A stretch of DNA of 64,000 nt from Polyangiales bacterium (lineage in GTDB: Bacteria > Myxococcota_A > Polyangia > Polyangiales > Ga0077539): contig JBGARZ010000013.1 in NCBI GenBank assembly GCA_044229975.1, positions 128,001-192,000 on the forward strand, read 5' to 3'. The translations under genes and the position numbers were made by a program. Positions 37,395 to 49,363 of the stretch are shown one piece after another (position 1 is the stretch's first letter; each line of letters begins with the position of its first letter). The notes beneath the pieces are model-generated. The model was not told the origin of the DNA and searched no databases. It saw only the letters and a program-made list of their open reading frames with translations.

Positions 37395-38402
37395 TTGATC
37401 TCGCTCAGCACCGCGAAGCACCTCGTTCAGTCGCCCCGTTGGGACCTCGACCACGTCCGGCACCTCGCCCTCCAGAACCCCACCTACGCTGCGTCCTTCG
37501 TGCTCAGCCTCGGCCGCTCGTGCCGCGACTACGCCGTCGCGCGCGATCCCACCGCAGCGACGGTGCTCGACTTCATCCTCAACACGAGCCTGGTGATGCT
37601 GGCGCGGGCGCTCGGCGACGGGGCCTATGAGCTCCGCTACCAGAACTCGCGCATGAAGAAGCTCGACGACGCGCGGCGCTTCGTGTCGTTGCGGGTTGAA
37701 TTCACCGCGCGGGAGGTCCGGACCTTCGAGCTCAATGGGGAGGCCCTCGACGACCCCGGGGACATGGTGAGCGTCCTGGTGGTGTTCCTCTCATGCGGCA
37801 TCCACACCAAGTCGCATGTGATGGGCGAGCGCAGCGTGCAGGAGATCCGCCGCAAGCGCATCAAGGCACTCCGGCGCTCCACCTGGTCGACCCTCTCGAC
37901 GGATCACGCAGTGCTCAACAGCCCCTTCAGCCCGATCCGCAGCCGCTTCTACGGCTTCCACATGGACGTCGACTCACTCATCGCCGAGTCGAAGAACCGC
38001 GACACCGTCGAACACCATGTGCTGCGCGGCGCGCCGCCGCCATCGCAGTTCCTGAGTTTCCTCGTGCGCGGCCGCGCCGTGCTTGCCCGCCACCTCGCCG
38101 CGCACGACCTCGACGTGAACCCCGAGTGCCTCTTCAACGCCATGCTGGTACACCCCGTCGACCACTACCTGGCCTTCCGCACGCTCGCCGACGTGCGCTT
38201 CTCCATCAGCGACCGGAAGACGCCCTCGAAGGTCTTCGGTGCCTTCATGTTCCGGCACCTGTTCCTGCGCGGCGTGCTCAATCCCATCGCCCCGAACCTC
38301 CTCTCGACCATCGACGAACCCTTCTACCGAGACCTCTATCGCGACCTCGTCGCACTCGACCCTGAGCTCGCGGCTCACGCCACCGCCTGCGTGATGTACT
38401 GA
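37395..38402 (+). CDS. Hypothetical protein with His-rich putative metal-binding motifs
   Basis: TTG at 37395 preceded by AGGAGG; GC3 bias; HTKSH and HPVDH motifs. Confidence 0.78.
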   Translation: MISLSTAKHLVQSPRWDLDHVRHLALQNPTYAASFVLSLGRSCRDYAVARDPTAATVLDFILNTSLVMLARALGDGAYELRYQNSRMKKLDDARRFVSLRVEFTAREVRTFELNGEALDDPGDMVSVLVVFLSCGIHTKSHVMGERSVQEIRRKRIKALRRSTWSTLSTDHAVLNSPFSPIRSRFYGFHMDVDSLIAESKNRDTVEHHVLRGAPPPSQFLSFLVRGRAVLARHLAAHDLDVNPECLFNAMLVHPVDHYLAFRTLADVRFSISDRKTPSKVFGAFMFRHLFLRGVLNPIAPNLLSTIDEPFYRDLYRDLVALDPELAAHATACVMY

Positions 38403-38898
38403 CGCTCCTGCCACGCGGTTCGGGGCTCCGTGTCACCCGAGAAGCAACCGACGGGCACCGGGCGCGAGCTGTGAGCAGGGCTTTGGCGAATGAGCACGAC
38501 GACGCCGTTGCGATCGAACACACGGCCCCGCCGCTCTGTCCCATGCTCGATGGTCGCCCGTTCTACGGCGTGACGCCCGACGCCCAACCTGTCGCCGCCA
38601 CTCGCGTTGGCCGAAACGGCCCTTTGGGCGCGCCACCTCTGGGAGGCGTGGTGGGTGCTTCCGATCGTGACGACCGTGGTCGCGCCGTCCACGCGTGCGA
38701 CCACCTACTGCGCGCTCGACGTCCTGCTCCCGCTCCTGCTCCACGCGTGCGGACCTCACGCCCACCTGCGCCAGACCCTGCGCGACGCACGGCCCTTCGC
38801 CGACGCCCTCATGGCCGTCTGGGCGCGCGACGCGTCGCGTCGGCGCCACCGAGGTCCCGTTCACCACCAACAGCGCGGCGCGAGTACCATCCCCACCC

Positions 38899-40002
38899 GT
38901 GCGCCCCCTTCACCTCGCCGCCCTCCTCGCCCTCGGCTGCGTCTCCCCCGCCGCCGCGCAGCCCCGCGCGCCGTCCGCCGCGCCGCCTGCCTTCGTGCTC
39001 CTCCGCGGCCGCCCTGACGCCGCGTCCACCTCCGTCGTCCTCCACGGCGCCACCCTCGTCCCGCTCGGAACCTTCCCCCACCTCCCCTCCTCCGCCCGCC
39101 ACGCCGCGCTCCTCCCCGGCGCTCACCCCGTCGTGCTCGCAGTCGCCGCCGATCGCGAGTCACCCCGCGGCGGCAGCTACCACTCCGCCCTCTTCCGCAT
39201 CGACCCCACCACCGCGACGACCACGCGCCTCCTCGGCGACCTCGTCGACAACTCACGCCCGCTCGTCACCGCCCGCGGCACCGTCGTCGTCCAGCGCGGA
39301 ACCGACGGCCCCGACCCCGTCCCCGCCAACCGTCAGCTCGTCGAGCGCACCGACGCCTTTCGCCTCGACGTCATCGACCCGCTCACGGGAGCCGCTCGCA
39401 CCGTGTGGTCGGGCCGCGGCCAGCTCGCCTACCTCGCGACCGCCCTGCGCGGCGACGAGGTGCTCGTCTACCACCTCCACGACGGCGGCTCTGCACTCCT
39501 GCGCCTCGACGTCGCCACCGGCCGCGCGACCGAGCTGCACGCCAACGTCCCCCTCGCGCGTGACTTCTCCTACGACCCCGATCGCGACGAGGTCGTCTTC
39601 GCACGCGCCATCGCGCCCACCGTCTACGAGGTCGCCTCGCTCGCCGCCCACGCTCCTTCGCCCGTCGCCGTCACCCCACGATGGCGCGCGTCGAGCGACC
39701 ACCTCATGCCCCGCGTCCTCCGCGACGGAACCATCGGTCTCTCCCTCCCCGACGACCACGGCCTCGCGTGGCTCTCGCGCGGCGCCGACGTTCAGTCACA
39801 GCCCGCCACCTTCTCCCCGCGCGGTGACGGCAGCGACGCCCTCCTCGCCGAGAGCCCCGACGGCCGCTGGATCGCGCTTCGCCACACCACCGACCGCGAC
39901 GAGTCCGTCGTCGTGAGTCCGCGCCGTGGTGGGCAGCCCGTGGTCATCACCTCGCCCGACGAGGTCATCGAGTTCGTCGGCTTCACCGGGAGCGCGCGAT
40001 GA
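38899..40002 (+). CDS. Lipoprotein or exported protein, TolB-like beta-propeller
   Basis: ALGC lipobox; SPDGRWIAL and FSYDPD blade motifs. Confidence 0.7.
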   Translation: MRPLHLAALLALGCVSPAAAQPRAPSAAPPAFVLLRGRPDAASTSVVLHGATLVPLGTFPHLPSSARHAALLPGAHPVVLAVAADRESPRGGSYHSALFRIDPTTATTTRLLGDLVDNSRPLVTARGTVVVQRGTDGPDPVPANRQLVERTDAFRLDVIDPLTGAARTVWSGRGQLAYLATALRGDEVLVYHLHDGGSALLRLDVATGRATELHANVPLARDFSYDPDRDEVVFARAIAPTVYEVASLAAHAPSPVAVTPRWRASSDHLMPRVLRDGTIGLSLPDDHGLAWLSRGADVQSQPATFSPRGDGSDALLAESPDGRWIALRHTTDRDESVVVSPRRGGQPVVITSPDEVIEFVGFTGSAR

Positions 40003-41192
40003 GGGCCATCGCCATCGCGCTCGCCATCGCGCTCGCGAGTACTGAGGCAGCGGCGCAGTGCTCGGGCGGCGCCGCGTGTCCGCCGTGCACGATGTGCCGC
40101 GTGGCGCCCACGAGCGGGAGCAACCCCTCGGTGACGGAGATGTCGTCGCTCTTCGACCGCATCGCCGCCGGACCCATGAGCTACGGCTCGCTCGGGTGGG
40201 ACTTCGGCGGCCGCAACACCGTCGGATCAGGCGGCGGCTGGTGCGCTGGCACCGGTCGTCGCGACACCGTCGCAGTGACCTTTCCGTGCGTGCTGCTCAA
40301 GGCGATCTACCTGACCGAGTCGTCGTGGCGGCAGTTCTGCACCACCAACCAGACGGTGATCAGCTTCGACTGCGGCTACGGCATCGCGCAGGTGACCAGC
40401 GGCATGCGCCGCGGCGAGACCAGCGCCTACGACGCCAACCGCGTCGCCTCGTCGGCCGCGTACAACGTGAGCGTCGGCGCGGCCATCCTCGCGGACAAGT
40501 GGCGCGCGTCACCGTGCGTCGGCGACAACGACCCGCAGGTCGTCGAGGACTGGTACTTCGCGACCTGGGGCTACAACGGCTTCGTCGTTCGCAACAACCC
40601 CAACAACCCGATGTTCGCGGCCGACCGCCGGGAGTTTCGTACGCCCGGACTCGCCAGCGCCCAGGTGCGCGCCAACTACCCTTACCAGGAGCTCGTCTGG
40701 GGCTACGCGCACTACCCCCTCACCGCCGCCCACTACACCGGCGTCGCGCTCGCGTACCCCACGCGCGGTGAGATCTGCGCGAGCTGCGGCCGACCCACCG
40801 CCGACATCTCCCGCCCCGCCGGCTCCCACCGCGGAACCTGCCCCGGCCCCGTCGCTCCCATGGACGCGGGCTTCCCCGTCGATGTTCCGGTGGTGACCGA
40901 CCGCGGCGCGCCCGATGTCCCCGATGTGCCCGACGTGCAGGTGGCGAGAGACGTCGGCGTCGACCGCCCGACCGACGTCGTGCGCTTGGACGTCGCACGC
41001 GACGCGGGCGCGGAAGACGTCATCGATGCCGGACTGGTGGAGATGCGCGACGAGGCGGGCTGCGGTTGTGGCGTAGCGGGTGCGGGTGGTCAGCGGGGCG
41101 TCGGTGCGCTCGCGCTGCTCGTCATGGCGTCATCATGGCGGCGAGCGCGACGCCCTGCGTCTCGTAGCGCTGCACGCAGATCGCGCGGGTGA
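39999..41192 (+). CDS. Secreted lysozyme-like/lytic transglycosylase protein with MYXO-CTERM-like tail
   Basis: KAIYLTESSW (putative catalytic Glu), GYGIAQV, YNVSVGAAIL, GYNG; C-terminal GCGC, hydrophobic stretch and RRARR. Confidence 0.72.
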   Translation: MRAIAIALAIALASTEAAAQCSGGAACPPCTMCRVAPTSGSNPSVTEMSSLFDRIAAGPMSYGSLGWDFGGRNTVGSGGGWCAGTGRRDTVAVTFPCVLLKAIYLTESSWRQFCTTNQTVISFDCGYGIAQVTSGMRRGETSAYDANRVASSAAYNVSVGAAILADKWRASPCVGDNDPQVVEDWYFATWGYNGFVVRNNPNNPMFAADRREFRTPGLASAQVRANYPYQELVWGYAHYPLTAAHYTGVALAYPTRGEICASCGRPTADISRPAGSHRGTCPGPVAPMDAGFPVDVPVVTDRGAPDVPDVPDVQVARDVGVDRPTDVVRLDVARDAGAEDVIDAGLVEMRDEAGCGCGVAGAGGQRGVGALALLVMASSWRRARRPASRSAARRSRG

Positions 41193-42246
41193 GCGAGCGT
41201 CGCGCGTCGACGCTGAAGCCCCCGGCGACGGCGTCGTCGAGGCGTGATCCGAGGAGCGCGTCGCGCAAGGTGTGGGCGTCGAGCTGCGGGACGCGCAGCG
41301 CCGCGGAGACGACCCAGCGCACGGCGTCGTAGCCGACGGCGGCGAAGGCGCCGGGATGGGCGCGGTGCCTCGCCTCGAAGGCGGCGACAAAGGACTCCAC
41401 CTCCGAGCGCGGCGCCACCGGGCTGAACAGCTCCGAAAAATGCACCCCCACGAGAGCATCGTGGGCGAAGCGTCGGGTCTCCTCGGAGGCCCAGCCGTCG
41501 GCCCCCATGATCTGCGCGGTGACCCTGCCCTGCTTCAGCGCCACAGCGATGTGCCCCGCGTCTTCGCTGGTGGCGGGTGCGTAGACGAGGTCGGCGCCCG
41601 AGGCGCGCACCCGGCCGACGAGGCGAACGAGGTCGGCGTCGTCCTGGTAGGCGTCGCGCAGCACCGTCTCGCCCCCGTTGGCGCGAAACGCCGTGGCGAA
41701 CGCGTCGGCCATGCCCACGTGCAGGAGCGAGCTGCGCCGGTACACGATGGCTGCCTTGCGCCGCTGCATCGACTGCCGCGCGTAGCGGGCCATCGCCTGC
41801 GCCTGCTCGCCGTCGGTGAGCACCGTGCGAAAGACGAAGTCCCCCGCGCGCGAGACGTCCCTCGCCGTGGAGGCCGTCGCGACAAACACCACGCTGCGCC
41901 GCTGGGCTGCCGCCGCGCCGCGCTCGTTGGCGACGGACGAGAGCTCGCCGAAGACGGCGATGGCCCCTTCGCGCTCGATGAGCCGGGTGGTGACGGTGGA
42001 GACGTGCTCTTCGCGGCTCTCGGTGTCGAGCGTGGCGAGGCGGAGGCGGCGGCCGTGGATGCCGCCGCGGAGGTTCTGCTGCTCGACCGCGAGCTCGTAG
42101 CCGTGGAGGAGGTCGGCGCCCCACGGAGCGCGGTCGCCGGTGCGCGGGACGACCGCGCCGAGGGTGATCTCGTTGCCGCGACGCCAGCGGCAACCCGCGG
42201 CGGCGGCGCCCAGGGCGGCGGTGGAGAGGAAGCGCCGTCGGTTCAC
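41122..42246 (-). CDS. Branched-chain amino acid ABC substrate-binding protein (LivK-like), Tat lipoprotein
   Basis: NRRRFL...AAGC; GGIHGR, FVFR, GADGW and GYDA motifs. Confidence 0.85.
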   Translation of the reverse strand: MNRRRFLSTAALGAAAAGCRWRRGNEITLGAVVPRTGDRAPWGADLLHGYELAVEQQNLRGGIHGRRLRLATLDTESREEHVSTVTTRLIEREGAIAVFGELSSVANERGAAAAQRRSVVFVATASTARDVSRAGDFVFRTVLTDGEQAQAMARYARQSMQRRKAAIVYRRSSLLHVGMADAFATAFRANGGETVLRDAYQDDADLVRLVGRVRASGADLVYAPATSEDAGHIAVALKQGRVTAQIMGADGWASEETRRFAHDALVGVHFSELFSPVAPRSEVESFVAAFEARHRAHPGAFAAVGYDAVRWVVSAALRVPQLDAHTLRDALLGSRLDDAVAGGFSVDARRSLTRAICVQRYETQGVALAAMMTP

Positions 42247-42311
42247 GGGCGGCACCGTACACACCCCGTAGGGCGCTTGTCATCGCGGGAGCGAACGTCT
42301 ATTCCGCCGCC

Positions 42312-42752
42312 ATGCTGCTCAACGTCCTGCTCGCGACGCACGTGCTCTCGCTGCTGCTCTGGATCGGGAGCCTCGTGAGCATCACGCGCGTGCTCACCGC
42401 CGGCGCGACGGAAGAGCCCGCGGTGCAGGCGCGGTTCGCGGCGCTGGCGCGGCGCATCTACCGGACGGTGTCGTCACCGTGGATGGGCGTCGCCACGCTC
42501 GCGGGCTTCGCGATGATCGGCGTTCGCCACGGCGAGATGTTTCACCACGGGTGGTGGCACGGGAAGTTCACCATGGCGCTGGTGATGCTGGCGCTGCACT
42601 TCGTGCTGGGCGCCCGGGTGCGCGCCGCCGAGGCCGCGGGCCGCACCGACGGCGTCGCCCCGCAGATGCGCCTGCTCCAGCTCGGGGTGCTGCTCACCGC
42701 CACGCTCGCGGTGCTCTTCGTGCTGGTGCTGAAGTACCGCCCCGGGGCGTAG
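42312..42752 (+). CDS. CopD/HemJ-like 4-TM membrane protein
   Basis: H..SLLLWIG in TM1 and GWWHGK...LH pattern resembling the HemJ family. Confidence 0.6.
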   Translation: MLLNVLLATHVLSLLLWIGSLVSITRVLTAGATEEPAVQARFAALARRIYRTVSSPWMGVATLAGFAMIGVRHGEMFHHGWWHGKFTMALVMLALHFVLGARVRAAEAAGRTDGVAPQMRLLQLGVLLTATLAVLFVLVLKYRPGA

Positions 42753-42808
42753 CGCAGGGCAGTCGGTCTCACGCCACCTGCGGGGAGCGCGACAAGCACG
42801 ACGGCATC

Positions 42809-43747
42809 CTAAGGGGTCTCGTTGAAGAGGTCGGCGACGTCGGCGACGGCCAGGGCGCGCGTCACCCATGCCTGGAGCACTTCGCGGCGAGACTCCGTGT
42901 CGAGCCGGGCGCGGGTGTCGACCGAGAGCGTGAGTCCGCGCGCGGTGAGCACCTGCACGATGGCGAGGCGGAGACCTTGTTCGGTGCCCTTCTCGATGCC
43001 CTTCTCGATGCCCTTCTCGATGCCCTTCTCGATGCCCTTCTCGATGCCGCGTTCGTATTGTCGCTGGAAGAGTTCTTCCGCGAGTTTCTGGGTCTGCATG
43101 AGGGTCTCCTTCGCTTCGTCGCTAGGATCGTCGCGCAGCTGCAACTCCAACTGCTTGAGGGGGACGGCCACGAGTGTACGCTCCGGCGCGTCGACGGGAA
43201 GGGCGCGCAGATCCTCGATCGCCCGACGAAAGGTCACGCCTCGCCCGAGCGTCCGCACCAGCAACGTGTCCCGCGTGCGCGGCAGCTCGGCCACCACCAC
43301 CAACCGGAAGGTGCCCGCGGGCACTCCCTGGTAACAGCCGCGTGGCCAGGGGGCGGGCATCGGAGCCAGGGCATACGCGCGCATCGCCCGGGTCGGCGGC
43401 CCGGACGACACGCCCCAGAGCCACGGAGGCATCGCGGGAGGCTTCGCCTCGACGCGACGCGCTTCATTGATCAGCACCTGAAACCAGGCGAGCTGCTTGC
43501 GCTGCCACGACGCCATCTCGGCCACGTCAGGGGGCGCGTGGGCGAACTCAAACAGCGCGCGTCGGGCGCCCATGCGCGCCAGGAGGTCGGAGCGCGCAGA
43601 GGCTGTCTTCGTCGTGTGCGCTTCGAAGCGAAGGTCGGCGAACTGCGGGTCGGAGGCGATGCGTGCGTCGCTCTCGGCCGTCCCGAGCGACGCCAGCGCG
43701 GCCTGCGCGAGGTCTTTGGAGAACGTGTCGTAGGGCGTTCGCGACAT
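42809..43747 (-). CDS. Rpn/PD-(D/E)xK-like hypothetical protein with (GIEK)n repeat
   Basis: YDTFSK, FADLRF, LFEF; C-terminal [10 protein letters not shown]...G and L..W..RAL tail typical of Rpn-like proteins. Confidence 0.75.
   Translation of the reverse strand: MSRTPYDTFSKDLAQAALASLGTAESDARIASDPQFADLRFEAHTTKTASARSDLLARMGARRALFEFAHAPPDVAEMASWQRKQLAWFQVLINEARRVEAKPPAMPPWLWGVSSGPPTRAMRAYALAPMPAPWPRGCYQGVPAGTFRLVVVAELPRTRDTLLVRTLGRGVTFRRAIEDLRALPVDAPERTLVAVPLKQLELQLRDDPSDEAKETLMQTQKLAEELFQRQYERGIEKGIEKGIEKGIEKGIEKGTEQGLRLAIVQVLTARGLTLSVDTRARLDTESRREVLQAWVTRALAVADVADLFNETP
42986..43045. repeat. 12-bp tandem repeat x5 (gcccttctcgat) encoding GIEK
   Basis: Five perfect copies at 42986, 42998, 43010, 43022 and 43034. 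Confidence 0.95.
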
Positions 43748-43840
43748 CGAGCGGACGACAGTGGTCCCACGCCGCCTTCCGCGACGGCAAGTGCCGACCA
43801 CCCCGGCGACATCGATCGTCGGTTCGAGGCGAAGCGGTTG

Positions 43841-45178
43841 CTACCAGACGTCCGCCCGCGCCCGCGCCGACCGCAGCCCCACGGCCTCGGCCCCCATCGC
43901 GCGAAACACCTCCGCCCTCACGCGCGCCGCCAGCGTCAGCCGCCGCACCCGCACGCCCACGCCGCTCGGGCCCGCCTCCCACGCCGACACCGCGCCCACC
44001 GCCGCGCCGGCGCCCGCGCGCTGCACCCGCGCCCCCAGCGCGCCGCCGTAGCGCTCCACGCTCCCGGCCGCGATGAGCCACACCCACTGCGTGATCTCGC
44101 CTTCGGTCAGCATCGCCTCGCCCGGCGCCAGCTGCACCGGCTCGAAGCGCGAGTACAGCGACGCGCGCTGCGACGGCTCCACCGAGGCCAGCAGCGACGA
44201 GGCGTGGCCCAGCGCCGCGAACGACCGCTCCCACGCGCTCTCCTCCAGCGCCACCCGCACGCCGTCGTACTGCCGCGCGAGCGCTTGAAGCACCGTCGGC
44301 GCCACACACAGCGCCCGCCCCGCGGTGCGCGCCTCGGCGCGGAAGAGGCACCCGCTCTCGTAGTACGCCGACAGCTCGCCCACGAAGTCGCCGGGCCCGA
44401 GCTGCGCCCCGATGGGAACTCCCCCCACCGAGAGCTGCACCTGCCCCTCGATGATGACCCAAAGCGGCGCCGCCACGGCGTGGTCACCCGGCGTGGGGAG
44501 GGAGAGTTCTTGCCCGGCGTGCAGCGGGACGATGACGCTCTCCCGCGCAAGTGCGCGCACCCGGTCGCTGAACAGGTCGGCGAAGAGCGGCAGCGCCATG
44601 AGCAGCGCCGCGGCGCCTTCGGAGGCCATGGCGCGCGCCGGATCGTAGCCGACGGAGACGCTCACCACCGGCGCCGTGAGCGCGGGCGCCGGAACGGGCG
44701 GCCCCACCTGCAGCACCGCCGCCGACGCGTGCAGCGAGGGCGGCGCGTGCAGCGCGGGCGCGGCGACGGGCACGAGGGTCATCGGCGCCATCGGGGTCGG
44801 GAGCTCGTCGTCGGGGACGTGCGGCTCGGGCATGCGCACGTTGGTCGGCGCCGGGACGCGCTCGGTCGGAGGCGACGTGTCCTCCGGCGGAGGCCCCGAC
44901 AGAAACATATCGAACGGCGGCAGGGAGTCCGGCGGCGGGGCCGTGGACATCGGCGCGGGCGGGGGCGGCTCGGACAGCGCCGCGACCTGCTTGGCGACGG
45001 CGAGCGCGCGGTCGTCGAGGCCCGCGTCCATGAGGTGCTCGGCCGCCCGACGAAACCAGTTGCGCGCCCCCTGAAGGTCGCCCTTCGCCTGGAGCGTCTC
45101 GGCGGTGGCCAGGGCCCAGTCCGCCTCCTCCGCGGCCTCGCTCTCCGGGGTCGATGCGCCGTGGTCGTCAGTTCCCAT
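43841..45178 (-). CDS. Protein with two cyclic-nucleotide-binding-like domains, N-terminal TPR-like helices and a Pro-rich linker
   Basis: [22 protein letters not shown]; second, degenerate copy [12 protein letters not shown]...IAAGSV. Confidence 0.78.
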   Translation of the reverse strand: MGTDDHGASTPESEAAEEADWALATAETLQAKGDLQGARNWFRRAAEHLMDAGLDDRALAVAKQVAALSEPPPPAPMSTAPPPDSLPPFDMFLSGPPPEDTSPPTERVPAPTNVRMPEPHVPDDELPTPMAPMTLVPVAAPALHAPPSLHASAAVLQVGPPVPAPALTAPVVSVSVGYDPARAMASEGAAALLMALPLFADLFSDRVRALARESVIVPLHAGQELSLPTPGDHAVAAPLWVIIEGQVQLSVGGVPIGAQLGPGDFVGELSAYYESGCLFRAEARTAGRALCVAPTVLQALARQYDGVRVALEESAWERSFAALGHASSLLASVEPSQRASLYSRFEPVQLAPGEAMLTEGEITQWVWLIAAGSVERYGGALGARVQRAGAGAAVGAVSAWEAGPSGVGVRVRRLTLAARVRAEVFRAMGAEAVGLRSARARADVW

Positions 45179-45220
45179 CGAGGGAAGTTGCTACACGCGC
45201 CCCCGCGCGACCGCAATGCT

Positions 45221-47176
45221 TCAAGACCGATCGACCACCCGCAGCGCCGCGACGTACCGCTCCCAGGTGCCGGCCACCGAGAGCAGCTTCGCCGCCTCGT
45301 CGATGGCCGCGTACACCGGCACCAGCGCCTCGCTCACGGTGAAGCGCGCGCGGATGGTGTCCACCTCCGAACGCCGCACCTCCAGCGCCGCCTGCGCCGC
45401 GCGCCGCGTCGCCCACGCGCTCACGCCCAGCACCACCAGCAGGTCGCGCCGCGTCGACGCCTCGACCAGCGCGCGCAATCGGGTGCGCTCCGGCCCCGGC
45501 GGAACCTGTCCATCAGCCAACGCGTGGGCCACGCCCTCCACCCGCAAGAGCTGCAACCACTGCAACGCCACCAGCACCGGGAGCGCCGCGTCGCCGTGGG
45601 CGCGCACCAGCGTCGCGATGTCGGTGCGCCGCGTCGCCAGCGCCGCCACGCGCTCGTTGGGTTGCAGCGGGAGCGCCGCGAGGGCCGTCCCGTCGCCGCG
45701 CAGCGTGAGCTCGGTGCCGTCGCCCCCGAGGAGCTGGTAGGCCACCGCGGGCTCGATGCGCGCGCGGGCCGCGTTGACCAGCAGCGCGTCGAGGGCCCGC
45801 GTCGGAAACGGGATGCTCAGCGAGCTCGTACGCGGTCGGATCTCCCAGGTGAACTGCTCCAGACAGAGCAGGTCGAAGGCCACCTCCTGCGCAGCGCGGG
45901 CGAGCGTCGCGACGAGCGCGTCGGCGGCCACGTACCCCTGGGCCGCGAGCAGCGCCGCCCCGCGCGGACCCACGTCGAGCGACACCGCCGCGAAGCGCGC
46001 GGCCTCCTGTGGGACGAACCCCAGGCGCGCGAGCAGCGGCCCCACCTGCTCGTCGGACTGGCTGCTGTGCAGCGAGAGCAGGTGCCCGTTGGCCACCGAG
46101 AGCTGCCACTCCCGCGAGCCCTCGCGGATGACGATGTCGCCGGTGGCGCGCACCCGCCACGCGGCGCTGAAGAGGGGACCGAGGCCGTAGCGATCGAGCT
46201 TGCCCCCGAGGCGCGCGTCGCCGTCCACCGGCAGCGGAACCACCGGCGCCACCTCCAGTCCCTCGCGCGGCGGACGACGATCAAGGCCCACGCGGGTGGT
46301 GGACACCGCGGCGGTGGAGACGGTGACCCCCTCGACGCGGGTGTCGTCGTCGAGGGCGCCCTCCAGGGGTTCGAGGAGCTCTGGCGGCACGAGCTCGTCG
46401 AGGGAGTCGTCGCCCTGCGCGGTGAGCTCCAGGGCCGCGGGGTCGGAGCCCACGAGCTGCAGCGCGCGGCGCAGGGTCTCCTCGACGTCGTGGCCGAGGT
46501 CGTGCGGAACCCACGGCGCGTTGTCATCAAGGCTCGCCTCGACGTCGGCGAGCCACGCATGAACGGCCGAGGGCGAGCCCGTCGGCGCGTCGGCCGGGAC
46601 GCCCACCGGCGCCATCGACGACGTGCTGAGCGTGAGCACCGGCATGCTCGACGGGGTGATGGCAGGCATCGGGGTCGCCGTCGGCGGGCGCCGCGGAATG
46701 GGCGTCTCCATCTTGGCGACGGCCGAGGCCGCGAGGGCGCGCAGCTTCGGCGGCGTGATGGGCGCGATGCGGCGCGACGACGGCGGCGGCGGCGCGCTCG
46801 GAAACGCGGTGGTGACCATCGAACCGAGCAGCTCGACCAGCGACTCGGGCAGCACGGGCCGCGGCAGGATGACGTCGGCGCCCGACTTGAGCGCGCGCGC
46901 GCTGATGGTCGTCCCGACGCCCAGCAGCACCACCGGCACGGGGCCCGCGCGACGCAGCCGCTGCACGGCCTCGCGCACCCCGGGGACGGCCTCGTCGAGC
47001 ACCACGAGCCGCGCCCGCTCGGCGAGCGCCACCTCGTCGAGGCGCTCGGCCGTCGACGACACCACGAGGTAGCGGGCCTTGCGGAGCGCGTCGATGAGCG
47101 CCCCGTCTTCGGGCGTCAGCACCACGACCACTCGTTGGAGCGGTCGGGCCTCGATGATGTCGCCTGGGTCAGCCAA
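45221..47176 (-). CDS. Receiver-like + DUF4388(PATAN)-like + degenerate J-like domain protein
   Basis: TTG at 47176 with GAGGGAG upstream; LVVLD...VPVVLL...ALKSGAD; L.G.L....L..L...ATGDI; VLGVS...A helix near the C-terminus. Confidence 0.7.
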   Translation of the reverse strand: MADPGDIIEARPLQRVVVVLTPEDGALIDALRKARYLVVSSTAERLDEVALAERARLVVLDEAVPGVREAVQRLRRAGPVPVVLLGVGTTISARALKSGADVILPRPVLPESLVELLGSMVTTAFPSAPPPPSSRRIAPITPPKLRALAASAVAKMETPIPRRPPTATPMPAITPSSMPVLTLSTSSMAPVGVPADAPTGSPSAVHAWLADVEASLDDNAPWVPHDLGHDVEETLRRALQLVGSDPAALELTAQGDDSLDELVPPELLEPLEGALDDDTRVEGVTVSTAAVSTTRVGLDRRPPREGLEVAPVVPLPVDGDARLGGKLDRYGLGPLFSAAWRVRATGDIVIREGSREWQLSVANGHLLSLHSSQSDEQVGPLLARLGFVPQEAARFAAVSLDVGPRGAALLAAQGYVAADALVATLARAAQEVAFDLLCLEQFTWEIRPRTSSLSIPFPTRALDALLVNAARARIEPAVAYQLLGGDGTELTLRGDGTALAALPLQPNERVAALATRRTDIATLVRAHGDAALPVLVALQWLQLLRVEGVAHALADGQVPPGPERTRLRALVEASTRRDLLVVLGVSAWATRRAAQAALEVRRSEVDTIRARFTVSEALVPVYAAIDEAAKLLSVAGTWERYVAALRVVDRS

Positions 47177-47281
47177 CGAGTCTCCCTCAGGGGGCGCATG
47201 GTATCCGGTTCGGCCGTCGGCCGCAGCAACGAGAACGCGCAGCGCGACAGCGAGTGGATGGTCTATTCTCCGTCCTCGCCC

Positions 47282-49266
<1,985 letters not shown>

Positions 49267-49363
49267 CACCCGCGATTGAACATCCCCAGGGTGAAGCTTC
49301 GTCGGTATGCTGCCGTCCTCACGAACCCGTTACCCACTTCAATGGCCCCACGGAGTTGATCCC

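Noticed and set aside
49275..49311. Sigma70 promoter TTGAAC...TATGCT upstream of the repeat lipoprotein
   Set aside because: The spacing of about 24 bp is too long for a canonical -35/-10 pair.
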